64,000 nt of DNA from an uncultured virus (IMG/VR IMGVR_UViG_3300043256_000464) (IMGVR_UViG_3300043256_000464), one strand, 5' to 3'. Numbered from the stretch's first letter, positions 10,415 through 20,870 are shown. A program made the numbers and translations. Notes: a model not told the origin generated them from the sequence alone.

Positions 10415-10839
10415 TCTCTCCTACCCTGCTGATCTGCATGCATCCCGGTACCATATGCCTCAAGTGTCGTATGGTAGATATAGCAGACTGCAAGTTTCTT
10501 GGTTCGATCTGAATCCTCTAATCTGCCGGATGTTGCTCCAACAATGATGCCCGGACTTCCGCATGTACACATTATTGCTACGTGCCCTACGCCCTCTGGA
10601 CCATCAACATGATAAAGAGGATCAACATAAAGAAAGTGCTCACCGTGATAATCGGCGGCCTCATAATGTTCCCATTGTTCTCTGTTTGGATCGGCAAAAC
10701 CAGAGGTCGCGGCTTTGATGTATAACCATTTCTCTTTCTTAACTACATGTCCGCTATCCAACGTTACTTCAACAGGACTTCCCCTCTGACGAACTATGCC
10801 AAATTTATATCCCTTACCCTTAAACGGATTGTGGCTCAT
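10405..10839 (-). CDS. Hypothetical protein
   Basis: ORF coupled to neighbours in the operon. Confidence 0.5.
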   Translation of the reverse strand: MSHNPFKGKGYKFGIVRQRGSPVEVTLDSGHVVKKEKWLYIKAATSGFADPNREQWEHYEAADYHGEHFLYVDPLYHVDGPEGVGHVAIMCTCGSPGIIVGATSGRLEDSDRTKKLAVCYIYHTTLEAYGTGMHADQQGRREWT

Positions 10840-11101
10840 ACTCTGGCCTCGAATTGATCATTGCCTCAAATTCTTCTACCATCGATGCTCCAACCTCTGA
10901 TTCGTCTACAGCTATCCTAAGCATTCTCTTGGCTCGGTTCTGGAAATCTACCAACAAACCTAGCTCAATCAGTGGCACGCGATGCAAAATAAGAAGATCA
11001 TAGAATTCATCTAATTCATCTAGCCATCGAGCCATGTTTCTCTGGTGACGCGCGGTATGAGTTAAAAGCCTGTCAGCCGCGCCTCCCCAATTGTCTGTCA
11101 T
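10820..11101 (-). CDS. Hypothetical protein
   Basis: Overlapping start/stop in the operon. Confidence 0.5.
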   Translation of the reverse strand: MTDNWGGAADRLLTHTARHQRNMARWLDELDEFYDLLILHRVPLIELGLLVDFQNRAKRMLRIAVDESEVGASMVEEFEAMINSRPEYEPQSV

Positions 11102-12039
11102 TTCCCTGCTAAGCCAACCTCTTCAAAAATCTGATCAATTCTTGCACCCCAAGTGTGTTCCTCTACTGCCTCTCGCGCCTTGCGCCCGATTTTTTCAGCT
11201 TCGTTCGGATGATCAAGTAACCATGCAACTTTCTCTACTGCTTCTTCAAGCGTTTCGAAGCCAAGAAAATCCTGGCCATCCTGGAAGAGCTCCACCAGAT
11301 CCGGAACCTTATTCATCACAGCGGGTAAACCGAACGCCATCAACTCAAAACACCTGGCGGTTGTGTCCTGCAAACTGGACCAGTTTAAGCCAACCCGCGT
11401 ATCGTGATAAATTGCCCTGGCATCGTCATAAGCAAGACCCAATTTGTAGAATACCTCCCTGCCTTCCTGGATCAACCTGCCGATCAAATCATTGCGATGG
11501 CCGTACTGAAGCCCAATCAGCGCTGCGTCGAACCTGCGCTCGGAAAAGGGCGTTTCTGTTGGAGTGTGCCACTGCTGAGAATATGCATAGGGTAGCCAGA
11601 TATCGCCACGCTTCAAGTAAGGCGTTTGCATACCAAAAACATAGTCGGCCCGAGCTTTCTGACCATCGTAAAAATCACCCAGAACGTGTGGGTCAGACAA
11701 CACCAAGGCCAAGGGAGCAGAGACGGGTTTCCCCATTGCTACCAATCCAGCATTCACTTCGAGCCACAAATCAGGTTCCCAGGGTTTTTTTGTTTCGAGC
11801 ATCGGATAGGAAACCATCGGAGGATTTGTGATAGATGTGGGATGATCCGGTTTTCGTGAATAGCTTTCCGGAAGCACCATACCTCCACCCCATGGAATAT
11901 TTTTGCCTGTCCATGGACCCGCGCACCAAACATCTACGTCTTCACGATAGATCAAAGCCTCCCAGAAGTAGCGACACATTGCAACTGGATACCAGATGCC
12001 CGTGATGATTACTCGAGTTCGACGCCTCCTGGCACTCAT
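11098..12039 (-). CDS. CgeB-like GT-B glycosyltransferase
   Basis: RCFELMAFG...LFQDG...IGRKAREAVEEHTW. Confidence 0.8.
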   Translation of the reverse strand: MSARRRRTRVIITGIWYPVAMCRYFWEALIYREDVDVWCAGPWTGKNIPWGGGMVLPESYSRKPDHPTSITNPPMVSYPMLETKKPWEPDLWLEVNAGLVAMGKPVSAPLALVLSDPHVLGDFYDGQKARADYVFGMQTPYLKRGDIWLPYAYSQQWHTPTETPFSERRFDAALIGLQYGHRNDLIGRLIQEGREVFYKLGLAYDDARAIYHDTRVGLNWSSLQDTTARCFELMAFGLPAVMNKVPDLVELFQDGQDFLGFETLEEAVEKVAWLLDHPNEAEKIGRKAREAVEEHTWGARIDQIFEEVGLAGK

Positions 12040-12737
12040 ATCAAAATTTCATCCACCATGCCATTCTCCAAGCATTCCTCGGCGTTGAACCAACTATCAC
12101 GCCTTAAGATTGCTTTTATGTTTTCTTTAGATAAGCTAGACTTGGAACCATAGAAATCGTACAGGCGCTCCATCATCATGTCCATGACATGCAAATCGTC
12201 CTGAAGCTGCTCGTAAGTTCCGTATCCCCACGAACTGAGCTGGTGTACTAACATAAAACTAGAGCGTGTGATGAATCGTTTGGCACATGCCATTGAAAGT
12301 AGCGTAGCAGCACTTGCGCATACGCCTTCGACAATTGAATAGATTGGAGTTTGAATCGTTGCTATCTGATCTGCTACATTAAGCCCGGTGAATAATTCAC
12401 CACCGCCAGATTGAATATGCAACCATATCGGAATTTGCGGATAGTCGTCTGGAAGCATTCTGTCAATTCGCTCATTTCGCAAAGTGCCATCGATATCCCT
12501 GATCTTTTTGATGAGATCAAGACAACGATCTGTATTTACTTTGGCATAGAAATAGATGTGATTCGCGCCAGACTGTTCAACCGTCATCGGCACATAATCG
12601 CCACCGGATTGTCTTTCGCTCGCGGTCGAAGGCGGCGATGGATCAACTGCTTTGTTATTATCGACAAACCTTTCTACGCTGTTCACTAATCTTCCCAGCA
12701 ATCCCGTCAAGCTTCCATCTTCAAATCGTTGAAACAT
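12036..12737 (-). CDS. ClpP-like serine protease
   Basis: HIQSGGG, CASAAT, MLVHQ, DSWFNAEECLENGMVDEI. Confidence 0.85.
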   Translation of the reverse strand: MFQRFEDGSLTGLLGRLVNSVERFVDNNKAVDPSPPSTASERQSGGDYVPMTVEQSGANHIYFYAKVNTDRCLDLIKKIRDIDGTLRNERIDRMLPDDYPQIPIWLHIQSGGGELFTGLNVADQIATIQTPIYSIVEGVCASAATLLSMACAKRFITRSSFMLVHQLSSWGYGTYEQLQDDLHVMDMMMERLYDFYGSKSSLSKENIKAILRRDSWFNAEECLENGMVDEILI

Positions 12738-12746
12738 CTTCTCTCC

Positions 12747-13097
12747 TTATGTAGATGTAAATGGTTTGTATGTAGCTCGGTATCCAGCTTGCCTCAATAG
12801 TTCCACCATGACTGGTGCAGCAACGTTATTCCAAGAATGAACAACTATGCGCCCTATTTTGGGTTTCTTCTTCACGATCCAACGAACAACCTCCATCCCA
12901 CAATCTTCACGATTAGAATCAACCCATGTCTCCCCGCCAAGATCATGATCGAGCATCACTAAGTCAAATTTCCCTTTCGCTCTCATAGCATCAATTGCGC
13001 TTGCAGCACTGACAACAATCTCCAGATCGTCGCCGTCGAAATTTTCAAAGGCTTTCTCAATACGCTCCGCACTGTCGTCTAGAAATAAGATTCTCAT
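12747..13097 (-). CDS. Standalone receiver-like domain (cyclic-phosphate-processing type)
   Basis: ILFLDD, LDHDLG, GMEVVRW, VHSWN. Confidence 0.7.
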   Translation of the reverse strand: MRILFLDDSAERIEKAFENFDGDDLEIVVSAASAIDAMRAKGKFDLVMLDHDLGGETWVDSNREDCGMEVVRWIVKKKPKIGRIVVHSWNNVAAPVMVELLRQAGYRATYKPFTST

Positions 13098-13849
13098 TAA
13101 GGCCTCTCAGGAATGTTGACTAGTCCGTGTTTCTTTGCAAAAGCAGCTCTCATACGAACAGTATGCTCATGACGTTCTGGGTTGTATCCTAGGGTTCCGG
13201 CAACTAAATGCTGGATGGGCAGACTTGGAATATCTATCAAGCTAAACCCAGCTTGGGATGCCCGATAAGATAGGTCCACATCTTCGAAATCATTGGGGTG
13301 GAACGTCTCTGTATCAAATCCCGCCAGTGTCTCCCAGGCCTCACGCGTCATCATCAGAAAATGCCCCATCAAATATTCGATGGTCGTTCCATCAAAGTTA
13401 TTCCAGCCACCTTCGGGGCCTATTCTGTTCTGGCCAACTACGATGCCGGTGCCACCTCTAGACCACATAACATCATCAGGCAATTTGCGTTTAATGTGAC
13501 GGAGGAAGTCTCCGTAGATTCGAACATCGTCACTGATAAGACAAACAAAATCGCCAGCAGAGCGTTTGACAGCTTCATTCCAGCCTCCGCCGAATCCTAA
13601 ATTTTGTTCCACGCGTTCAACGCGCACGTCAGGAAGATTGCTGAGGGCTAGTTTGATTTCGAGATTGGTGGAACCGTTATCGAAGACGAGAATTTCAACA
13701 TCGGGGCGTGATCCGTAGAAACGCGTGAGTTCGCTGATTCGATCTTTAATAAGATCGCTACGCGTGTAGGTTAATACAATTAAGGAATGGGTCGGTTCGC
13801 TAGGAGACTGATTCTCCACGGGCCTGCTCCCATTTCTTGAGAGCAGCAA
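13097..13849 (-). CDS. Glycosyltransferase family 2
   Basis: FDNGST, NLGFGGGWN, FEDVDLSYR. Confidence 0.85.
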   Translation of the reverse strand: MLLSRNGSRPVENQSPSEPTHSLIVLTYTRSDLIKDRISELTRFYGSRPDVEILVFDNGSTNLEIKLALSNLPDVRVERVEQNLGFGGGWNEAVKRSAGDFVCLISDDVRIYGDFLRHIKRKLPDDVMWSRGGTGIVVGQNRIGPEGGWNNFDGTTIEYLMGHFLMMTREAWETLAGFDTETFHPNDFEDVDLSYRASQAGFSLIDIPSLPIQHLVAGTLGYNPERHEHTVRMRAAFAKKHGLVNIPERP

Positions 13850-14651
13850 GACCGTCTTGAGGCGAGTATATCGGTATCATAAGTTTCTTCGCCTGATCGA
13901 CGTTCAAGCCTCCCCGCGTAGGCCTTTGCGCGATTCCCTTGATCTCACTGGTCGGTAGGATGAGTTCAGGATCGTAGCCAAAAGCTTCAGCTATCATCCT
14001 GCCCCATTCAAAGCGGCTCAGCGTGAGGTCGCCTGCAATATGAAGGATTTTCGGCATCGTTTTATAAGCTTCTAATGCCGTCCATCGCGCAGCAACTTCA
14101 AGCAATGCCTCGGATATGTGAGGTATATAGGTAGGTACGCCGTAAAGATTATCGGGCAATTCTTTTTCAGCGCCCAATTCGAGGATATCCCTGATTGAAC
14201 GCACAAAATCAATTCTATCACTAGCCACACCGAAGAGGTCAAGTGTACGAACAACAATAGTGGACTCGCGTACTCGTGCTGCTGCTTCGCCTCCGAACTT
14301 CGACCACCCATAAATATTCAGGGGGCCAGGAAGATCATCTTCTTTGTTTGGGCCATCAGCTCCATTAAAAACATAGCCGGTCGAGATCTGAATTAAGAGT
14401 CCATCGAATGCCAATCTGAGGTTGGCCGGTCCGCGCAAATTGACAGCCATCACATCGTCGTAGTTTTCCTTATCTTCCGCGCCGTCAACATCAGTCCACG
14501 CGGCACAATTGATAACCACACCTGGTTGGATTTGTTCAAACGCTTTTTCTATTTTCTTTGGTTTGGTGATATCGCAACGCAGAGGTTCGCACCCGAGTTC
14601 AACAAGTGCAGATCCAAGCCTACCTTCAGAACCGGTAACGGCAACTTTCAT
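13800..14651 (-). CDS. rmlD: dTDP-4-dehydrorhamnose reductase-like SDR
   Basis: VTGSEGRLG, NCAAWTDVDGAE, YGWSK. Confidence 0.75.
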   Translation of the reverse strand: MKVAVTGSEGRLGSALVELGCEPLRCDITKPKKIEKAFEQIQPGVVINCAAWTDVDGAEDKENYDDVMAVNLRGPANLRLAFDGLLIQISTGYVFNGADGPNKEDDLPGPLNIYGWSKFGGEAAARVRESTIVVRTLDLFGVASDRIDFVRSIRDILELGAEKELPDNLYGVPTYIPHISEALLEVAARWTALEAYKTMPKILHIAGDLTLSRFEWGRMIAEAFGYDPELILPTSEIKGIAQRPTRGGLNVDQAKKLMIPIYSPQDGLAALKKWEQARGESVS

Positions 14652-14887
14652 TAATTCTGGTCTCGGATTCTTTTAATCCGAGCAGATACACCATCCGGGG
14701 GATCTTCATGAGGAAGGCGTTTAGGTTGAGAGGGACGGGAAACAACGGGAACAGTTTTCAAAATTAGATCAGCGATGGTTTCCTTCGTGACTTTTTCAAG
14801 AGAAGAGACATCAGCGCCTTCGGCATCTGCTGTGGCCAGTAGTTCGGTTTTCTTCATGCGCATCAATACTTTCTTTGTATATGTCAT
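14651..14887 (-). CDS. Small basic protein (Rho-N/HeH-like N-terminus)
   Basis: MKKTELL...TKETIADLIL pattern. Confidence 0.45.
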   Translation of the reverse strand: MTYTKKVLMRMKKTELLATADAEGADVSSLEKVTKETIADLILKTVPVVSRPSQPKRLPHEDPPDGVSARIKRIRDQN

Positions 14888-14954
14888 GAGTGTTTTCCCT
14901 CCAGCTTCATACGCGACATTTTATGTTCTTTCCTCGAAATCCGCAAGATGGCTT

Positions 14955-15236
14955 TTATCTTCCGCCGCCATTTACCCATCGCCTCGTATGGGTTTCGTCG
15001 GCCAAGAATATCACATTTTTCTTCTTACCTCCACACCCGCCACAACCGCGCCGGACAGCAAGCATACAATCTACATCTTCTGGCTCAATCCATGCAAAAG
15101 AAATTACTTGCGCTCGGACAACAAAAGCATATTCATTGCCATTGCAAGATACAACAGCAGGCCGCTGTTGCATATAACGCATAGCGACCTGGCCTTGATC
15201 ATTAAACTGTGTCCCCTTTGGAAGGGATGATGGCAT
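14955..15236 (-). CDS. Hypothetical protein
   Basis: ORF downstream of the capsid gene; GCGGCGG motif. Confidence 0.5.
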   Translation of the reverse strand: MPSSLPKGTQFNDQGQVAMRYMQQRPAVVSCNGNEYAFVVRAQVISFAWIEPEDVDCMLAVRRGCGGCGGKKKNVIFLADETHTRRWVNGGGR

Positions 15237-15248
15237 TGGCAGCTCTCG

Positions 15249-15578
15249 CTAGATTATTGGATTGCGAAGACCATCGTGTTCAACCAGCCAGCATATTACG
15301 TCGCCCTCGTCTTCCGAGATGGCTTGTATTCTGCTCAGATTGTCCACGGAAAGATATATGGGATCGCCATCGCTTGGTACCGGAACACCGTCGGACATTC
15401 CAAATGTACCAGTGGTATCTCCAATCCAAACAGGTCCGCTGTTATCGGGGTGCCCAAATAATACGACTCTACCAGGGTCCTGTTCTTTCGCCTGTTTTCC
15501 GCCTACATCGACATCTGGCAACGTCAAAGGCGTACCGCTTGTAAGCGCTTCTTGACCACTTAATACAGCTAGTCCCAT
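15249..15578 (-). CDS. Small beta-rich protein, possibly virion decoration
   Basis: AGGAG RBS before MGLAV; immediately after the capsid gene. Confidence 0.4.
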   Translation of the reverse strand: MGLAVLSGQEALTSGTPLTLPDVDVGGKQAKEQDPGRVVLFGHPDNSGPVWIGDTTGTFGMSDGVPVPSDGDPIYLSVDNLSRIQAISEDEGDVICWLVEHDGLRNPII

Positions 15579-15601
15579 AACTGACTCCTTGTGACTTCTC
15601 A

Positions 15602-15638
15602 AAAGGGCCAGCCAATCTTGTCAACGGGCTGGCCCTTT
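15602..15638 (-). terminator. Intrinsic terminator after the major capsid gene
   Basis: 12-bp inverted repeat AAAGGGCCAGCC/GGCTGGCCCTTT with a short U tract on the minus strand. Confidence 0.7.
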
Positions 15639-15664
15639 CACTATTCAATTGTAGAGATCGGACC

Positions 15665-16867
15665 TTACCCGATCTGCGTGCAGGTCGTCTGAATTCGGCC
15701 CGTGAACTGCGCGGTGTACTGCGACTGAGCGCAGCATGCCTTGATGACCAAGGACGTTGCAGCCCATATTTCAAAGGTGATCGCCGTACAACCCGGAGTC
15801 AAGTCTACAAGCGACAGAGGGATCTGAATCTGCTTATAGATCAGGGGTTCGCCGTTGTGGTTCATCCGGAGAGCCCACAAATCAGCCTGGAACGCGCCAT
15901 TGCCCATATCGAAAACTGTGAACCAGTTATCGGCAACGACCGCCATCCGGCCTAGACCTGTATTGATGAAACCAGCGAAATTGTACCCCGGAACAATCCT
16001 ATCGCCTGAAGCGAAGTTCACGATCTGAGATCCCTGGAACCCGAGGCTGAAATAAGCCAGGAGCAATTCCTGGATTGCCTGAGGATGCCCGAAGATGTGG
16101 GTTGGCTTGGCACATGCTTCACCGAGGAAACGATCAAAAGCGGTCGAACCAAAAGTGCCTGACGCGCTGTTGTCATTTGAATTTCCGAGGGTGCAGCCCG
16201 AGACGTTATCAAAATAATTTTCGATCCCGTCGAACTCAAGCGAGTTCGTGTTACTGTCCCCTCGGACCAAATAGCGGTCCCACCCATTTAAAGTTAAAGT
16301 CATAGCGAGCCGGACCTCTTTTTCTTTTAATCCGGAGATGGCTTCAACTGCAAAGGTCCCTAGATCGCTTCCACCCGGAACACCCTCGCCAGCGGGGAAC
16401 CCGCCGATGATTCGATTAATTCCGTTCCAGTTTGCAGCAGCGACGGCGAGAGAGTGCTTGATCTCGCGCATGCTCAGGGATTTCTTCGCGCCAAGGTTTT
16501 TATTTGTGACCGTGACGTTGCCTCCATCGTGCGTGTACTCCTCAGGGCATTCGCCATCTGCGAAGAACAAGTACGAAGATCCGGAAACAAAAGCCATGCT
16601 GGTCAGTTCCCGCCAGGTCTCAGCGTTCAAGGCCGTTTCCTTCTCAGGGATCGCCTGCCAAACCGATAGCTCTTCGCACATGGCGATAATTTCGGTCGTG
16701 TCAAGCGGCTGAGGGTACTGAGCCGTGAAATCTGCTGGGGTTGAATAAGGTTGCGGCAAAACCAACGGATCGGTTGCTCGTGCTTGCAACTCACCTGCCC
16801 GGAATACCTCACCGGTCGCTGGATTGATTACTTGCTCGCCTTCGAGAGTTGGTACAAAGTTCTCCAT
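15665..16867 (-). CDS. Major capsid protein (probable)
   Basis: 400 aa, strong GGAGG RBS, GDSNTNSLEFDGI motif typical of HK97-fold capsids, follows protease/scaffold genes and precedes a terminator. Confidence 0.75.
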   Translation of the reverse strand: MENFVPTLEGEQVINPATGEVFRAGELQARATDPLVLPQPYSTPADFTAQYPQPLDTTEIIAMCEELSVWQAIPEKETALNAETWRELTSMAFVSGSSYLFFADGECPEEYTHDGGNVTVTNKNLGAKKSLSMREIKHSLAVAAANWNGINRIIGGFPAGEGVPGGSDLGTFAVEAISGLKEKEVRLAMTLTLNGWDRYLVRGDSNTNSLEFDGIENYFDNVSGCTLGNSNDNSASGTFGSTAFDRFLGEACAKPTHIFGHPQAIQELLLAYFSLGFQGSQIVNFASGDRIVPGYNFAGFINTGLGRMAVVADNWFTVFDMGNGAFQADLWALRMNHNGEPLIYKQIQIPLSLVDLTPGCTAITFEIWAATSLVIKACCAQSQYTAQFTGRIQTTCTQIG

Positions 16868-16945
16868 CGTAATCCTCCTATGATGGTCTAATGTCGGCTA
16901 TAGCTGCCGTGCTTCACGCGCTAGTGCGCACGCAAGGCGAGCAAT

Positions 16946-18058
16946 TTACTCGCGGATGCCGACTGATCTGCGAATAAGATTTCTTAGATTAGGTGTGTTT
17001 TCTGGGCCATCCAATTTCTTGGGTCCCCGGAATTGTGGATTTACAGGATTTAGCCCAGACGCAGCGGCTATTTCTTCAGGCAATCTCGCAGTCGCGCCTG
17101 GAACCGATGCTTCGAGACTTGAGCGAGCTTCGAAAAAATTGCTCATTGCTCTTCGCTCTGGAATCGCCCGCTTGTTTGCATCTGCTGCTGAGCGCTGCTT
17201 GATTGCTTCAACATCTGCTACAAGAGGCGCGACGGCCTGTGTAACGATTTGCTGGATGCTTTCAAGCGTTACGCCTCCAGAGAGGCTGTCTGATTCCTCA
17301 GAACCGGTTTCGTCAACGCGAGACATGATTGCTTTACCCAGATCGTTCAGGGATGGCTGGATCATCTTCAAGCGAGACTGTACATCGATCGGAGTTGCAA
17401 CTGCTTCGTCAAAAGCATCGCGCACAGCGATCACTGCACTATCCAAGGCGTGTTCGTCAACCTGTTCGCTTTTCTCAACAATTTCGCCTTCAGATCCGGT
17501 CTTGGCATCAGGCTGTTCTTCCGTTTCAAGGGTTTCGGCCTGAGGCTCTTCGGTGGGATCTTCCACCGGTGTTACTACTTCTTCTTTTGGCATGATTTCC
17601 TCCTGCCTGTTCAGGTCGGCAAGCGCCTTGACAGCCATAACGTCAATACGACTCTGGAACTGTTTAAGTTCCTCGCGAATTGCTGGCGCATGCTCATCAC
17701 CTGTGATATTGGTTAGGACGCCTGCCAAAACGCCCCAGTCGCCCAAAAGAACATCATCACCTTTTTCCCGGACAAGGAAAACTTCGGCCTGGTTGAGGGT
17801 TAGAGCTCCGCCATAAGCGCGCTCAACTTCCTCTTCTTCTGCTTCTTCTTCCTTAGCAGTGCCAGTAGCCATGCCTTCTTCCTCTTCCTTTTCACCCGGA
17901 GGAAAACCGTGTTTGTCTTTCAGGATAACAGCGCTGGGATCGATTCCCGGCCCATCACTTCTTCCAACAAGCTCCTGAGATTTACTCTCAAGATCGTTTG
18001 CTAACTCTTCTCCCACAATTGATGCAGCGTCAGAGTGTCGTTTACCTTTCTTAGCCAT
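16946..18058 (-). CDS. Acidic scaffold-like protein
   Basis: Glu-rich, helical, directly upstream of the capsid gene. Confidence 0.55.
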   Translation of the reverse strand: MAKKGKRHSDAASIVGEELANDLESKSQELVGRSDGPGIDPSAVILKDKHGFPPGEKEEEEGMATGTAKEEEAEEEEVERAYGGALTLNQAEVFLVREKGDDVLLGDWGVLAGVLTNITGDEHAPAIREELKQFQSRIDVMAVKALADLNRQEEIMPKEEVVTPVEDPTEEPQAETLETEEQPDAKTGSEGEIVEKSEQVDEHALDSAVIAVRDAFDEAVATPIDVQSRLKMIQPSLNDLGKAIMSRVDETGSEESDSLSGGVTLESIQQIVTQAVAPLVADVEAIKQRSAADANKRAIPERRAMSNFFEARSSLEASVPGATARLPEEIAAASGLNPVNPQFRGPKKLDGPENTPNLRNLIRRSVGIRE

Positions 18059-19021
18059 TTATGACTCCTTGGGCTCGTTCCAGTCAGACGGCTCTTCGTT
18101 AGAAATGCTCGCCCTGGTAAAAGCCGGTCGTCTTGTTAGTGCAAAATGAACGAGATGACCAGCTCGATAGATTTTCTCGCCCAAACCCTTTGAGCACATC
18201 TTGCATTGATCGATCATAGTTTTTCTAGTAAATTTCCCGTTCTCAAACCCTTCATGTTCGTGTGCCAGATCAAGAAATGCAATCGAGATGCGTGTTCTGA
18301 ATTCATGCGGAAGCTCGTCATCGATGTCACGTTTGACAGCTTCATAAGAAGCATTACCGATGGGTGTATCGCGAAAACTTCCACGGGCTTTGAACATGCC
18401 TCCATCTATGAAAACTTGCTCTGTATCACCCGCTATTCCAAATCCTTCTAGATCCAAATAATGGGCAATCCCCATATATGGGAGTCCGCCATTCCAAGCT
18501 TTGCTCGAAAACGGTGCAGGAACTTTATCCCTGTCCTTAACTCGTTTGATAAAGTCCTTGAAGAGTTCAACCGACATTCGTTCATCGTACAGATCTCTAT
18601 CTAGCCCGCTTGCGCTCGAAAACCAGCGCCTTACTCCGGTCTGTTCATCCTCAGAAACCCGAGAAATGTACATCTGCGCAACTGCTACAACTGGCACCAC
18701 TCTCCGCAATGGACCGGATACAGTGAGGCTACTTTCCGATTTCACTATTCCAGGTGTCCCTGCATTTCCAGAATTCAACTTGCCTCTCCCGTCTGGTTCG
18801 AATTCTCCGCAAACATCATCCGGCTGCACATTCGCTACATCTACTATTCGACACTTTCCTGCCTCGAAGAAAAAACAATCTCCGCATCTGTAGCCGCTGA
18901 TCCCGTCGCCTCTTTGGAAATTGGCCTCGGAGGGTTGGAGTTTGCGTTGTCGCCCTCCGATAGTTGTTTGCCCGGTACTTCCGCTGCCGCCCGTATTGCC
19001 ATGAGCTGCACGCTCTTTCAT
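18059..19021 (-). CDS. Prohead protease-like protein
   Basis: ASGLDRDLYDERMS, H, SIAF, HFALTRRPA resemble HK97-type prohead proteases; position fits. Confidence 0.55.
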   Translation of the reverse strand: MKERAAHGNTGGSGSTGQTTIGGRQRKLQPSEANFQRGDGISGYRCGDCFFFEAGKCRIVDVANVQPDDVCGEFEPDGRGKLNSGNAGTPGIVKSESSLTVSGPLRRVVPVVAVAQMYISRVSEDEQTGVRRWFSSASGLDRDLYDERMSVELFKDFIKRVKDRDKVPAPFSSKAWNGGLPYMGIAHYLDLEGFGIAGDTEQVFIDGGMFKARGSFRDTPIGNASYEAVKRDIDDELPHEFRTRISIAFLDLAHEHEGFENGKFTRKTMIDQCKMCSKGLGEKIYRAGHLVHFALTRRPAFTRASISNEEPSDWNEPKES

Positions 19022-19995
19022 ATCAATACTGGACCGCGAAACCTCACCTCGTCTGCAGGAATACGGATTGCCGTGGTCGTACCTTTCAACAATCCTCTGG
19101 AAAGAGCTCTGAAAACCCAGTGCTCAGGCTGTGTACCGGATAGGTCGGATTTGCGAGTCAAAATACCGGAAGTCATGAATGGCTCGCTCTTTTCGTTAAA
19201 TTTGACTTGGCCCCTCAAGATTACTTCGCCACCCTTGTTGGGGTTAGGAGACAAAACAAAATTATGCTTTTCTCTGTAGGCTTCAACCGCGACATGATAA
19301 GCTCGACTAATTCGTTTTTCCCTCACAACCATGGCTACTGTTCTGAACATGACCGGACGCTCTGACCACTCAAGCAGGTCCATCCCCTCCGGACAAGCAG
19401 CAGTCAAATTCCCATAACCCCTCTCGAGCAAAGCCTGCTCCTGCTCAACAGTCAGACCGTCTACAACAATGTCGCCTTTGCCATGGTTCATGGCTCTTGT
19501 GGAACGATTGACGACCAAATCGACCGTCTCGGTCTCGGGGGCTACCGGCTCTTCTTCAATGGCAGGTGCTCTTTCAGTCGTTTCTTCGCTCCGCAATACC
19601 CATTGCCCATTTTCGGCATTCTGCGCATAGCGCTCCTTGAGCGTAGCCCAAGCAGTGGATGATGCTTTAGCAATGTCTTTGGTTTCTATATACCCATTCT
19701 GAAATGCATCGATCCAAGTGAGCGCAGCAGAGAAAGGCGATTCAACTAAACTGCCGGGCAGTGGGATTCCATTAATCTCAATTCCAACATCGGCAAATGA
19801 CTTCTCAACCCAATCCCCTTCTTTGCCTTTGTGGAATTTGTTCTTCACTGCACTCCAAGCAATCTTAGCTGCACACGCATCGCGGTCCTCGCGTTTCTTG
19901 CATGTACTGTCATACGCGGAAGAAAACGCGCTACGATAAATATCCGCGGCATGTCCCTTGAGAACATCTGGAGCCGTTACCTTTTTTTCTGGCAT
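19018..19995 (-). CDS. ChaB-domain protein
   Basis: AADIYRSAFSSAY...AAKIAWSAVKNKFHKGKEGDW, plus a second partial copy AWATLKERYAQNAENGQW. Confidence 0.75.
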   Translation of the reverse strand: MPEKKVTAPDVLKGHAADIYRSAFSSAYDSTCKKREDRDACAAKIAWSAVKNKFHKGKEGDWVEKSFADVGIEINGIPLPGSLVESPFSAALTWIDAFQNGYIETKDIAKASSTAWATLKERYAQNAENGQWVLRSEETTERAPAIEEEPVAPETETVDLVVNRSTRAMNHGKGDIVVDGLTVEQEQALLERGYGNLTAACPEGMDLLEWSERPVMFRTVAMVVREKRISRAYHVAVEAYREKHNFVLSPNPNKGGEVILRGQVKFNEKSEPFMTSGILTRKSDLSGTQPEHWVFRALSRGLLKGTTTAIRIPADEVRFRGPVLI

Positions 19996-20124
19996 GGTCT
20001 TAATCCATCATTTCTGCATACAATAATAGAAGAGGATGTGGAGAATAATCAAATACTTTGCACCTGTTCATTTAAGCAAAAAACCCGCCAAAGCGAGTTT
20101 TTATTGATGAGTCTCCTGCCATTG

Positions 20125-20658
20125 TCACCCAATATTAGTGGAGCGCTTGACCTCGACCTGTTGTTGATCTGTATCGGTTTCATCAGGATCTTTCGATTTA
20201 TTCTGGGTCGGGACAGGCGCGGATTCGGCATTGGCCCATGATACTGCATCAGCCAAACTCATCTTTCTTCCATCTGGCAATGTGACTTCATCCCCGAAAG
20301 CAATGGGCCTCGTTAATTCCGGCATGTGTTCATTAATCTGCTTTTCAAGGAAAGCTGCTCGTTGAGATAAGGATCGATGATCTTCCAAAAGCAAGTTAAA
20401 TCTCAGAACCAATTGCTGATACTGCTCTTCGAGCTGCATGTATTCCAATGATGGGGCAATTGTGGGAGAGGTGCCTGGTTCGATCCTTGCTGGGTCCTGA
20501 CCAAGCTCTTGTTGCGCGGCACGCAAAAGTAATTCGCCCTTGTCGGGTTGACCGCCTATGATCGAAGACACTGCTGTTCGCAATTCCTGACCACCCAAAT
20601 CTATTTCGTCTCGGATTCCTCTTATGGTAGGTTGATTATCAGGTCGCTTTTTGCCCAT
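20125..20658 (-). CDS. Hypothetical coiled-coil protein
   Basis: ORF in the operon. Confidence 0.5.
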   Translation of the reverse strand: MGKKRPDNQPTIRGIRDEIDLGGQELRTAVSSIIGGQPDKGELLLRAAQQELGQDPARIEPGTSPTIAPSLEYMQLEEQYQQLVLRFNLLLEDHRSLSQRAAFLEKQINEHMPELTRPIAFGDEVTLPDGRKMSLADAVSWANAESAPVPTQNKSKDPDETDTDQQQVEVKRSTNIG

Positions 20659-20663
20659 TGTGA

Positions 20664-20870
20664 TTATGTACCTGGAAATCGGCGGCGGGAAATCGCTTGG
20701 TCCTTTAATGCCGCTAGATTGGTTACATCCAAACTCAGATTGATGGTTTTGAGAGTAAACCGAACACCATCCATATCCCCACTGTCAAGCTGCTTTTCCA
20801 ATGTTTCCAGCGCCTTTACGAGATCACGAACCATTTGTGCTGTAGAGGTAGTAGTTGCATCAAGTGCCAT
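20664..20870 (-). CDS. Hypothetical protein
   Basis: GGAG RBS. Confidence 0.5.
   Translation of the reverse strand: MALDATTTSTAQMVRDLVKALETLEKQLDSGDMDGVRFTLKTINLSLDVTNLAALKDQAISRRRFPGT

Noticed and set aside
18449..18457. Exact match to hairpin spacer TAGATCCAA
   Set aside because: A single 9-mer match is expected by chance in 64 kb, and the partner spacer does not match alongside
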